Below are positions 7,948 through 18,800 of a stretch of DNA of 64,000 bases, in pieces; positions within the stretch are counted from its first letter, which is position 1, and the number at the start of each line of letters is the position of its first letter. The translations under genes and the position numbers were made by a program. Under the pieces are notes generated by a model, which was not told the origin of the DNA, ran no database searches, and saw nothing but the letters and a program-made list of their open reading frames with translations. The DNA comes from Blastocatellia bacterium (lineage in GTDB: Bacteria; Acidobacteriota; Blastocatellia; RBC074): positions 14,097-78,096 of the forward strand of contig JAYVZE010000200.1 of assembly GCA_043783625.1 (NCBI GenBank). The letters run 5' to 3'.

Positions 7948-10900
7948 TTAGAAACTAAGCTTCATTACCGCCTGCACCTGACGCCCTGTCGCGCCAAATA
8001 ACAAGCTGGAAATCACACCAGCACTCGCCGTACCAATGGAATTTCCCGGATTCGCAAATTGCGCGTGATTGAATGCGTTGAAGAATTCCACTTTGAATTG
8101 ATGCTCAAAGCGATCACGGAATTTGGTAATTTTCACGAGTGAAAAATCTACGTTGACCTGTTTTGGTCCACGTAAAATGTTACGACCGGAATTGCCATAC
8201 GTGCCAGTTGCGTCTGGCACAATTTGGAAAGCGGCTGTATCAAACCATTTGTCAATCGTAGGAGTGCTCAGCAATCCCGATCCGAGTCGGTTCGGACGAT
8301 TGCCCGTTCCGGTTGAAGCGACACCAACTGATTGGTTGACGCTGAACGGCAGACCTGTGCGAGCCAGGAAAATACCGCTCAATTGCCAGCCACCCAGGAA
8401 TTTATCCACAATGGCATTGTCGCCCGTATTCAGCAGCTTGCCTTTGCCGACAGGTAAATCATACGTCCAGCTTGAACTGAAAGTATGCTTGATGTCGAAA
8501 TCTGAAACAGCGCGATCACGTCTGAAATCATACGCGTTTTGCACTGTGCCTTCTGTGTCGGAAACAACGTCAATTGTTTTGCCGAAAGTGTAGGCATTGA
8601 GGAATTGCAAACCGTTCGAGAAGCGGCTTGAAAATTTCATCAACAAGGCATGGTGATTGGAATCACCGCGACTTTGTACCTGTGACAACGAGCGTAAGCC
8701 TGGTGCCAGAACGATGAAAGGGCGGTTGACGTTGGAGTCAGAGATGCCCACTACCGGCTTCGCCTGATTAATGTCCATCTTGGCAACAAGGTGTGTGCCT
8801 TTGGAGCCAACGTAGGACATTTCCAGCGCGTAGTTTTTGCTGAGCTGTTGCGAGACGTTCAGGTTCCACTGTTGCGCATAACCATCTTTGAAATTCGTCT
8901 CAAAGATAGAGCGCGTTGTGCCTGTCGGAATAGCCGCAGGATTCAGCGCGGGTGGCGCAGGAATACCAGCACTGATTTTGTACAACGGCAAATAGGTGGT
9001 TGTTTGTGAATTGGAAAGCAGGAACGGCGGGCTATTCGCCTTGGAGGACGAAGTACCCGTCAGAGGGTTATTCCAGAAAATTCCATAGCCTCCACGGGCA
9101 ACGGTTTTGCCTTTGCCGAAAACGTCATAAGCAAAACCAATGCGCGGCGCGAAATCTTTTTTGGGAATCGTCTGCAAATAACGACCGACTTTGACACCAC
9201 CGATGGTGGCACTGTCAGACGCTACGATAAAGCGACCGATGCTGGCATCGAAATTCGATTGACGATTATACTGCTCAACATACGGCACAAACAGGTCGTA
9301 ACGTAAGCCTAAATTGACCGTCAACTTGCTGTTCACGCGCCAGTCATCCTGCACATACGCGCCATATTCAGGGCGGCGTTCACCATAAATTCCCTGCATA
9401 AGTCCACGTGTGACACCCGAAGCATAGCCCAGCATAAAGCTGGCAAGCCCAAAGCCGCTGGTTGCATTCTGGCTGCAACCTGACGCAATACCTGCGCAGT
9501 TCGAAGTCAGATTCTGGTTGAAGTTGAAATTTCCAACAATGCTATCAACGTTGAAAATGTTACGACGACGTTTCGTATAGCTACCACCCACTTTGATGGT
9601 ATGCGCGCCGCGTGTGTGGGTCACGTTATCAAAAAACTGGAACGTATCTAAAAACGTGAGCAGAGGTTGATTGCCGTTGGCTCCGAGGTTACGAATGTCA
9701 CCCTGAGCGAAGACAATCTGCGACATCGCGGTTGCCGTGTCCGTAATGTTGACGCCGGGAATTCCGACTGTACTTGCCAGATTTGTTCCGAAATCAATGG
9801 AAGTCACTTTGAACGCGATACGGCTGGCACCAAAGCGAAACTCATTCAACCAGTGTGGATTAATCGTATGCGTATCGTTGATGGCCAAACTTTGTCCGCG
9901 AATCAAACCGTTACCAGCACCGAACGTGGTACCCGCATCACCATGCGGCAAGGTTGCAGGCAGAAAACGATTGGTTCGCTCAAAGCTGTAACGCACAAAA
10001 GCGTGATTTTTCTCGGAAAAATAATGATCAATTTTCGTATCAAATTGATCGTCTTCGCGTTTCAAAACCGGGTTGCTCAGATAATTATTAATGACCTGAC
10101 CGTTCGCGGCGGTGGTTCCCGTCACGTTCGGCAATGGATATAACTGATCAATAATTTTACGTGAAGTCGGGTCAATCATGCTCGCAGGAATAACGTTCCC
10201 AGCAAACGCAGCTTTGGCAACCGGATCATAAATCGTGCGCGTCAATTCCGAAAAATCTCCGGCACGCATTTTCAAAGTTGGAACCGAGGAAAGATAAGTT
10301 TTACCGTCTCGGATTCTGGTTCCTTGATAATCGCCAAAGAAAAATGTTTTGTCGCGGTAGATGCGTCCACCTAACGTCCCACCAAATTGATTTTGCTTGA
10401 ACGGTGGTTTCTTGCGTCCGTTTTTATTATTGAAAAAATCGTTCGCGTCTAAAGCATCATTGCGCAAAAATTCAAACGCATTGCCATGAAAAGCATTTTG
10501 CCCGGATTTGATTTGGATGTTCACCACGCCGCCGCTGGAGCGTCCGAACTCTGCGGAATAGGTGCTGGTTTGCACTTTGAATTCTGCCAGCGCATCAATG
10601 CTGGGGAAGATCACCACCGAGTTCAGCCACGTTTCGTTATTGTCCACGCCGTCGAGCAAAAAGTTATTGTCGCGGGTGCGCATTCCGTTCGCCGAAAACG
10701 AAGCTGATGCACGCCACGCCAGACTGCCTGCGCCGTCAATATTCGCGCCGGGAATTCCGCGCAACACACCAGGCAAAGTTCTGGTCAATTGCACGAAGTC
10801 ACGACCATTCAACGGCAGATTTTTAATTTGTGATTCGTTGATCGTGCCGCTGAGATCAGAGCTATCCGTTTGAATTAAGGGCACTGTGCCTTCAATCTGA

Positions 10901-11241
10901 ATTGTTTCCGTTGCTTGTCCGACTTTCAAAGCGAGATCAATACGCGCCTTTTGGTCAACACCGAGCTGAACATCACTCACGGCTAATTTGCTGAAACCAG
11001 CCATTTCTACCGTGATGTTGTAAGCACCAATCGGCAGCGACGGCGCAATATATTCGCCAGAGCCATCACTGGTCAGCGTCCGTGAAACGCCAGTAGCTTT
11101 TTGCACCAGCGTAATTTTTGCACCAGCAACTGCGGCTCCACTCGGGTCAGTCACTGTGCCGAGAATCGTTCCACTTACTGCCTGTGCAAATGAAGAGGCA
11201 GCAAAAAGTGCCAGGAAGACGAGAGTTAGAAAAATATTCAT
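7948..11241 (-). CDS. TonB-dependent receptor with N-terminal carboxypeptidase-regulatory-like domain
   Basis: Signal peptide, CarbopepD_reg-like N-terminus, plug and 22-strand barrel length. Ends in a C-terminal aromatic residue (KLSF). ATG at 11241 gives a clean signal peptide. Confidence 0.8.
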   Translation of the reverse strand: MNIFLTLVFLALFAASSFAQAVSGTILGTVTDPSGAAVAGAKITLVQKATGVSRTLTSDGSGEYIAPSLPIGAYNITVEMAGFSKLAVSDVQLGVDQKARIDLALKVGQATETIQIEGTVPLIQTDSSDLSGTINESQIKNLPLNGRDFVQLTRTLPGVLRGIPGANIDGAGSLAWRASASFSANGMRTRDNNFLLDGVDNNETWLNSVVIFPSIDALAEFKVQTSTYSAEFGRSSGGVVNIQIKSGQNAFHGNAFEFLRNDALDANDFFNNKNGRKKPPFKQNQFGGTLGGRIYRDKTFFFGDYQGTRIRDGKTYLSSVPTLKMRAGDFSELTRTIYDPVAKAAFAGNVIPASMIDPTSRKIIDQLYPLPNVTGTTAANGQVINNYLSNPVLKREDDQFDTKIDHYFSEKNHAFVRYSFERTNRFLPATLPHGDAGTTFGAGNGLIRGQSLAINDTHTINPHWLNEFRFGASRIAFKVTSIDFGTNLASTVGIPGVNITDTATAMSQIVFAQGDIRNLGANGNQPLLTFLDTFQFFDNVTHTRGAHTIKVGGSYTKRRRNIFNVDSIVGNFNFNQNLTSNCAGIASGCSQNATSGFGLASFMLGYASGVTRGLMQGIYGERRPEYGAYVQDDWRVNSKLTVNLGLRYDLFVPYVEQYNRQSNFDASIGRFIVASDSATIGGVKVGRYLQTIPKKDFAPRIGFAYDVFGKGKTVARGGYGIFWNNPLTGTSSSKANSPPFLLSNSQTTTYLPLYKISAGIPAPPALNPAAIPTGTTRSIFETNFKDGYAQQWNLNVSQQLSKNYALEMSYVGSKGTHLVAKMDINQAKPVVGISDSNVNRPFIVLAPGLRSLSQVQSRGDSNHHALLMKFSSRFSNGLQFLNAYTFGKTIDVVSDTEGTVQNAYDFRRDRAVSDFDIKHTFSSSWTYDLPVGKGKLLNTGDNAIVDKFLGGWQLSGIFLARTGLPFSVNQSVGVASTGTGNRPNRLGSGLLSTPTIDKWFDTAAFQIVPDATGTYGNSGRNILRGPKQVNVDFSLVKITKFRDRFEHQFKVEFFNAFNHAQFANPGNSIGTASAGVISSLLFGATGRQVQAVMKLSF

Positions 11242-11539
11242 ATTCCCGAAAAATCGGGAATGCTTAGGATGGATCATTTGTATCTCCTTGAGAGTTTCGT
11301 TGATAGATAAATCACTTCATAGCAAAGATTGGCGGAAATATCCTTCTATTCAAAAGGTGATTTGCAAAACTCCCGACAAAGCTGATTTGAGTTTTTTTGA
11401 TTACTACTTTTTGGCAATCAGATTAATTCTTATTAGTAACACAACGCCTACGCATTTTCGTGCAACAATGGAATGAAGTATACCGCAATAAACTGCGTAC
11501 ACAAAATCATTGACCAATAATTAATGATTATAATGCAGG

Positions 11540-12838
11540 CTAAACAATTCCGGCTGAGATTCCAATTGCTGCCGGACGCTCTTCGGCTTTGTGCTGACGA
11601 TATTGGCTGGCGCGATAAACAGCTAACGGATCAATCGCACCACCGGCGTTTTGCCGTGCTTTCGCAATGATCGGCGCAACATCCATCGTGAACGCTTGCT
11701 TCAAAGTTTGCAGCGCAACCATGGCATCGCCTTTTTCCTGTGCTTCACGCAGGGCATCGCGATCTACCAAATGTGCCTGAACGAAGGCGCGCTGCAGTTC
11801 GACGGCACTCATCATCAATGATTCAATCGGGTCGGTGACGTTATGCGATTGATCCAGCATGTACGCTGGGTTGAAATCGGGCGTGCCGTCCAATTCTGCG
11901 TCTACGAGTTCGTTGAAAATCAAAAATAATTGGAATGGTTTGATCGAACCTGCGTCCAAATCATCATCGCCATATTTGCTGTCGTTGAAATGGAAGCCAC
12001 CGAGCTTACCCGCTTGAATTAAACGTGCGACGATCATTTCGATGTTGACATTCGGCGCGTGATGACCGAGGTCAACTAAGCATTGCGCTTTTGGCCCCAG
12101 TTGCGTAGCGCAAAAATAATTTGTCCCCCAATCATTAATCACAGTCGAGTAAAACGCGGGTTCATACATTTTGTGTTCCATAAACACGCGCCAATCATCC
12201 GGCAATGCTGCATAAATTTCGCGCATACTTTCAAGGTAACGTTCCAATGTTTTGCGAAAATTTTGTTGCCCTGGAAAATTCCCACCATCGCCAATCCACA
12301 CCGTATGCGCTTTGGAGCCGAGTGATTTTCCAATCTCAATGCACTCAATATTATGCTCAACAGCTTGCGCACGTACCGCAGCATCAGGATGCGTCAGGCT
12401 GCCGAATTTATAAGAAAATTTTTGCTCGGCCTGATCCTGAAATGTATTGGAATTCATCGCGTCAAAAGTTAAGCCGCGTTCATTCGCAAAAGATTTCATC
12501 GTCGCTACATTGTCAGGTTTATCCCACGGAATGTGCAGCGAAACCGCCGACGTAGCACGAACTAATTGATTAATCGTCGCGCAGTCTGCCAATTTTTCAT
12601 AAATCCCGCGTGGTTCGCCAATCCCTGGAAAACGAGCAAAGCGCGTGCCGCCCGTGCCTACGCCCCACGAAGGCACTGCGACCTGAAACGCTTGCGCACG
12701 TGCGGTGAGGTCTTCGATGTTGAGGTTACGGCGTTGTAATTGTTTGCCGAGATGTTCGTAATCTTCTTCGAGCCAGGGTTTGGCTTTATTATTTTGTTCG
12801 GCAATAAAATTTTCGTTAATTTCAAAAGGTGCAGTCAT
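11540..12838 (-). CDS. L-rhamnose isomerase (xylose isomerase-like TIM-barrel, Pseudomonas stutzeri L-RhI type)
   Basis: About 430 aa, conserved VAVPSWGVGTGGTRFARFPG and HIPWDKPD segments. Adjacent to kinase and aldolase. Alternative start at 12865. Confidence 0.6.
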   Translation of the reverse strand: MTAPFEINENFIAEQNNKAKPWLEEDYEHLGKQLQRRNLNIEDLTARAQAFQVAVPSWGVGTGGTRFARFPGIGEPRGIYEKLADCATINQLVRATSAVSLHIPWDKPDNVATMKSFANERGLTFDAMNSNTFQDQAEQKFSYKFGSLTHPDAAVRAQAVEHNIECIEIGKSLGSKAHTVWIGDGGNFPGQQNFRKTLERYLESMREIYAALPDDWRVFMEHKMYEPAFYSTVINDWGTNYFCATQLGPKAQCLVDLGHHAPNVNIEMIVARLIQAGKLGGFHFNDSKYGDDDLDAGSIKPFQLFLIFNELVDAELDGTPDFNPAYMLDQSHNVTDPIESLMMSAVELQRAFVQAHLVDRDALREAQEKGDAMVALQTLKQAFTMDVAPIIAKARQNAGGAIDPLAVYRASQYRQHKAEERPAAIGISAGIV

Positions 12839-12887
12839 AATTTCATTCCATATATCCGCCAACATTAAGTGCAGATGTTGATCTACA

Positions 12888-12963
12888 CCACCCGCTACGA
12901 CAGCGGTTACTGTGGCGTTGCAGTCGTGGCAGTTGAGTCAGTACCACCTGTGGTAGCGGGTGG
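12888..12963. repeat. REP element family 2 (degenerate left arm, intact right arm) flanking the RAYT gene
   Basis: Right arm agtcagtaccacctgtggtagcgggtgg, left arm ccacccgctacgacagcggttactgtgg. Confidence 0.65.
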
Positions 12964-12974
12964 TAGATTTTCCA

Positions 12975-13484
12975 TCAATCAAACTCTGGCAGATCATCAC
13001 CCTGCCCATTAAGAACATAATCAACGGCACGCTCTACACTCCGTTCATTCCATAAATAGCGAGTACTTCCTTTGTCCGCCCAAGGGCTTCGCTTAAGCAA
13101 CCATAGTCCATCTTGTTTCAGTTGTCTTGTAGCATTTGCTTTCAGCGCATTGAGCGCAAGCTCAACAGATTTTTCTCCGATACAAACAACAACATGAACA
13201 TGATTGGTACGGATGTTAAGTGCATAAATGTCCCATTTTCGGAAACCACACGTTTCGCGGACAGCAGTCTCAACTGAAGAACGATGAGTCGCCTCTAGTT
13301 TTACAGGTTCACAAACGAGCTTGCCTTCATTGTATTCGCGCCACTTCTCATTAGTCGGAATATATGGCGAACGATATTTATTATTAAATCGATTTATTGA
13401 GCCGCGTTCGTCACCATGTAGCCACGTTCCGTAACAACGAAACGTGATTAAGTAGGCAAGTGGGATTTCCGTGTTATTCCACAT
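12975..13484 (-). CDS. REP-associated tyrosine transposase (RAYT), IS200/IS605-like HUH Y1 transposase
   Basis: 169 aa, HUH motif TNHVHVVV, catalytic Tyr context RAVDYVLNGQ, flanked on both sides by family-2 REP palindromes. Confidence 0.75.
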   Translation of the reverse strand: MWNNTEIPLAYLITFRCYGTWLHGDERGSINRFNNKYRSPYIPTNEKWREYNEGKLVCEPVKLEATHRSSVETAVRETCGFRKWDIYALNIRTNHVHVVVCIGEKSVELALNALKANATRQLKQDGLWLLKRSPWADKGSTRYLWNERSVERAVDYVLNGQGDDLPEFD

Positions 13485-13543
13485 GATTTGTTTATGTCAG
13501 TGTTGTCGCTACCGATGATACCGACTCTAACTATGCTGCAACG

Positions 13544-13628
13544 ATTGAGTCAGTACCCGCTGCGGTAGCGGCGGGTTTTCTTTAGACAAGAGCTGCCACC
13601 CGCTACCGCAGGTGGTACTGACTCAATC
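13544..13628. repeat. REP element family 2 doublet flanking the RAYT gene
   Basis: Arms gagtcagtacccgctgcggtagcggcggg and ccacccgctaccgcaggtggtactgactc with extended outer pairing gattgagtcagtac / gtactgactcaatc. Confidence 0.7.
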
Positions 13629-13629
13629 G

Positions 13630-15819
13630 CTATCGCAAAAACCCGTCCTGCAATCCACCATCTACCGGAATCACATGCCCGGTAGTCTTACCCAAACGCT
13701 TCGTCACCAGCAAAAATATTGCTTCGGCTTGATCGTCGGGTTCAATGGCAACTTGCGTGAGCGTACGCTTGGCGTAAAAATTCGCCAGTTTATCGCGCAA
13801 CGTTTCCGTATCTTCGTCTTCGCTGAATTTAATTTCATATTTCGCCAGCGAAGCGATCACGCGATCACGCGGGAACATCGTGCTTCCCTTCACTACCGTA
13901 GCAGGCGCAACCGCATTCACGCGCACGAGCGGCGACATTTCAATCGCCAGTTCACGCACTAAATGATTCGCGGCGGCTTTGCTGGTGTCGTACGCTAGGC
14001 TTCCCTTTTTCGCTACGACGGCGTTTGCACTGGTGGTCAGCACAATGTTGGAAGGCAAGCCTTGCCGCTTGAAAACTTTGTTCGCTTCGTCAGCAACGAT
14101 GTACGCGCCCGTCACGTTAATGGCGAAAGTTTTATCCCATAAATTATCGGGGATATATCCAGCTTTATCAGGCGGAACAAAAATTCCGGCAGTTACGACT
14201 ACGGCATCAATTCCGCCGTAAGCGAGCATCACATCCGCGAACATTTTCTGCACGCTTTCACGATTTGTGATGTTGCAGGCAAGGCCAATCGCAGGGCCGC
14301 AATTGCTGATGCCTGTGCCAGCCACGCCAATGCCTTCGCCGTATTGCTTGATAATTTCCTGCGCAGTTTCTTTGGCGGAAGTTTCATCAAGGTCTACGCA
14401 AACGATGTGTGCACCTTCTTTGACCAAACGATGCGCAGTAGCTTTGCCGATGCCCGCGCCTGCGCCGATGACGACGTGGATTTGACGATCCAATTCTTTT
14501 TCGGCGGGCATTCGTCGCAGCTTGGCTTCTTCGAGCAACCAATATTCGATGTCGAAAGCTTCCTGCTGATCCATCGCTTCGTATTGGTCAATGGCCTCTG
14601 CGCCGCGCATCACTTCAATCGCGCAGTTATAAAATTCGGCAGCCACGCGAGATTCACTTTTGTTTTTTCCAAATGCGATCATGCCGATGCCAGGGATTAA
14701 AACTACGGTTGGATTAGCGTCGCGCATCGCGGGCGAATCGGGATGTTTGCAGCGGTCATAATACGCCGCGTAATCTTTGCGATATTGCACGATGCCCGTT
14801 TCGATCAATGTTTTCAAAGCTCCGATGTCACCGCTGACAGGATTCCAGTCAATAAATAACGGCTTGATCTTGGTACGCAAAAAATGATCGGGACACGACG
14901 TGCCGAGTTCAGCAAGGCGCGGCGCGTCTACGCTATTCACAAAACGCAACATTTTCGGATCGTCCTGCACAGTGCCAATCATGCGTTTATTTGACGAAAC
15001 CTTTCCGCGCAGCCAGGGCAACAAATCAACTAATAATTTTTGACGTTCGGCTTCGGGTAACGCCTGATGTTTTTGTCCGCCAAAAGTTTTTTCGCCTTTA
15101 TCTTTTGATTCGATATAACGCGCCGCCGTGTCAATAATTTCCAGCGCAGTTTCATAACAAGTCTTGTCGTTATTCGCCCACGAAGACATGCCGTGATGAC
15201 CAAGCACAATGCCTTTGGCTTTTGGGTTGTCGGCGATCATTGATTCAATAATTAAGCCAATATCAAAGCCCGGACGTTGCCACGGAATATATAAAACTTC
15301 GTCGCCAAAAATTTCTTTCGTCAAACGTTCCTGATTGACAGAAGCAGCGATGGCGATGACGGCGTTCGGATGCAAATGGTCTACGTGCTTGAATGGCACG
15401 AACGTATGGAGCGGCGTATCAATCGAACAAGCGCGTGGATTCAGGTTATATACACAATGATTGTAAAGCGGAACCATCGCGTCTTCGATTTCCGTCTTCG
15501 CGCCTTTGTTCGGATGATTCGTGTACAGCGGTTTCATCGCGCGAACTTTGTCGAGATAGAGCGAAGCAAAGCCGTCGCACTTCGCCGTGCGCAAATCACC
15601 GCCGGAGCCTTTGATCCATAAGACTTCAACGTCTGCGCCGGTGAGCGGGTCTTTTTCCATCAGCTTTGACGAAGTGTTGCCGCCGCCCGTATTCGTCAGC
15701 GTCAAATCATCGCCGAGCCGATTGGAGCGATAGACGAGACGATCTGCGCCGGATAATTTGTCGGCTTCTTCGTCTTTCCAAAGATATTGTACGTGTTGAT
15801 AAGAATCTTTTTTACTCAT
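13630..15819 (-). CDS. bifunctional rhamnulose-1-phosphate aldolase / short-chain alcohol dehydrogenase (class II aldolase-adducin domain fused to SDR)
   Basis: N-terminal aldolase domain starting MSKKDSYQHVQYLWKD with GGGNTS motif. C-terminal SDR with Rossmann GxGxxG and YxxxK-type active site. ATG at 15819 has GGAGGC 13 nt upstream. Confidence 0.7.
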   Translation of the reverse strand: MSKKDSYQHVQYLWKDEEADKLSGADRLVYRSNRLGDDLTLTNTGGGNTSSKLMEKDPLTGADVEVLWIKGSGGDLRTAKCDGFASLYLDKVRAMKPLYTNHPNKGAKTEIEDAMVPLYNHCVYNLNPRACSIDTPLHTFVPFKHVDHLHPNAVIAIAASVNQERLTKEIFGDEVLYIPWQRPGFDIGLIIESMIADNPKAKGIVLGHHGMSSWANNDKTCYETALEIIDTAARYIESKDKGEKTFGGQKHQALPEAERQKLLVDLLPWLRGKVSSNKRMIGTVQDDPKMLRFVNSVDAPRLAELGTSCPDHFLRTKIKPLFIDWNPVSGDIGALKTLIETGIVQYRKDYAAYYDRCKHPDSPAMRDANPTVVLIPGIGMIAFGKNKSESRVAAEFYNCAIEVMRGAEAIDQYEAMDQQEAFDIEYWLLEEAKLRRMPAEKELDRQIHVVIGAGAGIGKATAHRLVKEGAHIVCVDLDETSAKETAQEIIKQYGEGIGVAGTGISNCGPAIGLACNITNRESVQKMFADVMLAYGGIDAVVVTAGIFVPPDKAGYIPDNLWDKTFAINVTGAYIVADEANKVFKRQGLPSNIVLTTSANAVVAKKGSLAYDTSKAAANHLVRELAIEMSPLVRVNAVAPATVVKGSTMFPRDRVIASLAKYEIKFSEDEDTETLRDKLANFYAKRTLTQVAIEPDDQAEAIFLLVTKRLGKTTGHVIPVDGGLQDGFLR

Positions 15820-15872
15820 TAAAAAAATCAAGCCTCCATCTCTTCTTTCGAGATTATGCGTTCGTTTTCGTA

Positions 15873-18800
15873 TTATTTCTTTTCCCACACTTTGACCGGA
15901 CCAAGCAAGCCCGATGGTAACAATGGTGAATTTGCCTGATAAAAAGGCATCGTCGTATAAGTAATTTTGTTCGTCATATTCGGCTGCTGATCGCCGATGA
16001 GCCGATTCACCCACAAATTCGTCACCTTCACTTCCAACTTATTTTCCCCTTTTTTAACTGCACTGGAAACGTCTATGGTGAAGGACTGTTTCCAAAGAAT
16101 GCCCAAATTTTTTCCATTCACAATTACCTCCGCTAAATTCTTCACCGCGCCTAAATCAATTTCAATTCTTGTTCCTTTAGCAATGACCGGAAGGCTGAAG
16201 GTGGATTGATACGTTGCAGTCCCTGAAAAATATTTGATGCCCGCGTCAGGATTTTCCGTCCACGATTGCAGGGCGGTAAGAGTCGTTGTTGCGGGTGCGC
16301 CGCGCTCTGCTTGAAATGTTACTTTCCAGGGATTCGTAATTGTGGCGATTTGTTTTTCGACGGTTTTTGGTTGGGTGTAAGAAGCAACGGTTGCTTTGCC
16401 TTTGAAGATAACAAAAATAGCGTCATTCGGCTCTAAACGAAGCGGAATGATTGTTCGTCCATCTTTGATTTGAAACGAAACTTTTTCCATTTGCCCATTT
16501 TCGGGATGCCAGATTTCCGGCGTTTTACCTGTAACTCTGAAGCTCGTTTCAATCGCTTCAACCCGATCCTTTCTGTTGTTGATCCAATAAATTTCACGGT
16601 CGGGTAAGGTGCGATGTACGGATAAAATTTCTGTATCGTTGGTTAGTTTTGCGTAGGTGAAATCCGCTTGAATATTTTTCGCGGCGAGCGTTTGTTCTAG
16701 CGACTGCGCCTGAAAAACATTTTTATTATCGCTGCTCCAAACTTCGGCAACAATTGTTTTGAACTCTGCCTGATTGTCGCTCAAGCTCGCATTTTTTTCG
16801 GGCTTGATGCCTGTGATTGTGGCTCCGGCTTTCACCAAATCTCTGATTTTGTGCAGGACTGGCAGCGACATGTTTTTCGCATTTTCATCCAGTGCCAAAA
16901 CCTGATAGCTCATCCCACTGGGCGTCCCAATCTTGCCGTCTTTCACTGACAACACATTTATCAAGGCATCTGCATTAACGAAATCAAAGCTATAGCCTGC
17001 GGGAATGTTCGGTAATTTTTTGCCGAATAACGCGGTGATGTTGTTGTCTTCGCCGTAGTAATACAGCACATCAGCGACAAATTTTCCTTGCTGTAACAGA
17101 TAAGAACTGCGGCTCAAATAATCCGTCCAAGCCTTTGCCTGTTCCCCCCAGGTTTCATGCCGCGTGAACCATTGACCGAATGGCCCAAGGCCTAAACCAG
17201 GAATTTTTTGATCGGAAGGTTGATGCACCGAGGTATGAATGACGAAGCGATTTAAGCCGCTCGCCAGTTCAAGATCAGCCGTCGGTTTTAAATTTTCCGG
17301 CGAATAAGACCACGCCGAGCCGCCTACGCCGAGTGCCGTGAGCGATTCGGCAGCCACTAAATTTTGACCATAGATATGAGCGACAGCAGCAGATTCTAAA
17401 ATATCGGCGCGATGCCCTGTTTGGTCGCCTTGGTTGATTGGTCCCGGCGTCCAAATGGCGGACATTGGCACATCGGCTTTGCGCTTCACTTCCATCCCGT
17501 CAGCAATCATCGCACGACCGTTTTCGTGCGATTCGCTGTATCTGCCCATTCCGCGTTTGTGGAGCAAATCACCGAGTTGATCGTAATGATTTTCCGCGAT
17601 TAAATCAGCCAGCGTTTTTCTGAAGTCCCACAAAAATTGTTCGCTCGCTTCCGTGCTTTTGATGATCTTTCCGGTGAGTACAGGCATCCACGGCTTCAAA
17701 TCATAGCCGCGTCGCCTGGCAAATTCTGCCATCAGATTTTTCGTCCAGTTTGCGCCACCTGCTTCATAACTGTCTGTGACGAGGTATTGCACACCTTTTT
17801 TGCCCATCAATCCGCCTGTCGCATTTTTGTATTGGTCGAGATAATTTTCAAAATAATCTTTGACGGCTTGCGCGTCGAGTTTGTCTACTTCCAAGCCCGT
17901 AGCTTCGGGCGAAGCCGGGTGATTTTCAATGCCGAGCAATGAATATCCCATCCGCAACACAACCCAATTTCCAGCGGGAGCCACCCATTCAAGCGTGCCG
18001 TCCGATTTCATTTTGGAAGTTACATCCACCACATCATTCGTGGGAATTGCATCGGTTGTTTCAGGAGTGATGAATTTTGCCAATTCACCTGACGGTGTAA
18101 AACCTGCTTTCTCTTCCAAACGATTTACGCGGTACGCCGTATGCAAAACGATTTCGGCAACGTCCGTTCCTTTGGGTTTCATGTCCCCCATCGGCAGCCC
18201 CATCATCGCCGCAATCATATTCGGTTGCGGCGGAAGAGTTTTGAAATTGACGCGAAAAAACTTCGCCGTGACTGGAGCAAACGTCAGTGAATTCTGCGGA
18301 ATTTGCGTCGTTGGAATTTGCAAAATCTGTCGAAAATTTATTCCATCATCGCTGGCTTCCAACGTACGATTGCTGACCGCTTCACCAAATTGCGAAGCCG
18401 GTTCTCCGCCAACAATTGTCAGGGCTTTGAAGGTTTGTAGTTGCGCAAATTCAAATTGTATCCACGCGTTTTGTCCGATGGCGGCGGGCGGCAACAATGA
18501 CGATTTTGCGAGGTCGTCATCGGTCAATGCACTAACCTCAAATTGTCCGCCGCTGGAAGAAATTTTCGGATTCAATTCGCGCAAGGAAAGATCAGCTTCA
18601 GGAACACGATAGGCAATAACAACAGTATCTTCGTAAAATGTATGCGCAGGATTCGCTTCGTGCAGAAGCCCCAACGGATCACGAAAAGGAATGTTTTGAA
18701 ATGCTCCAGTTACACCAGAAGGCTGCGGTAATTTGCCAAAAAATGTTTGCCCGCCTTTGATGCGTGTTTCCGTCCAGACATATTTTTTCATGCCGTCTTT

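Larger units (their letters stand above)
12888..13628. mobile_element. REPtron: RAYT gene bracketed by its cognate REP hairpins, inserted between rhamnose catabolic genes
   Basis: Composite of the three features above. A third copy of the same REP family sits at 7865..7938. Confidence 0.65.

Noticed and set aside
11278-11539. 262 bp intergenic region upstream of the first TonB-dependent receptor gene as a possible riboswitch
   Set aside because: AT-rich with a short near-palindrome (caataattaatgattataatg) but no extended conserved stems recognisable by eye. Most simply read as an ordinary promoter/leader region.
17929-18612. 227 aa plus-strand ORF antisense to the GH106-like gene
   Set aside because: Fully contained within a strongly supported 1114 aa gene on the other strand. 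No signal peptide-like or domain features of its own.
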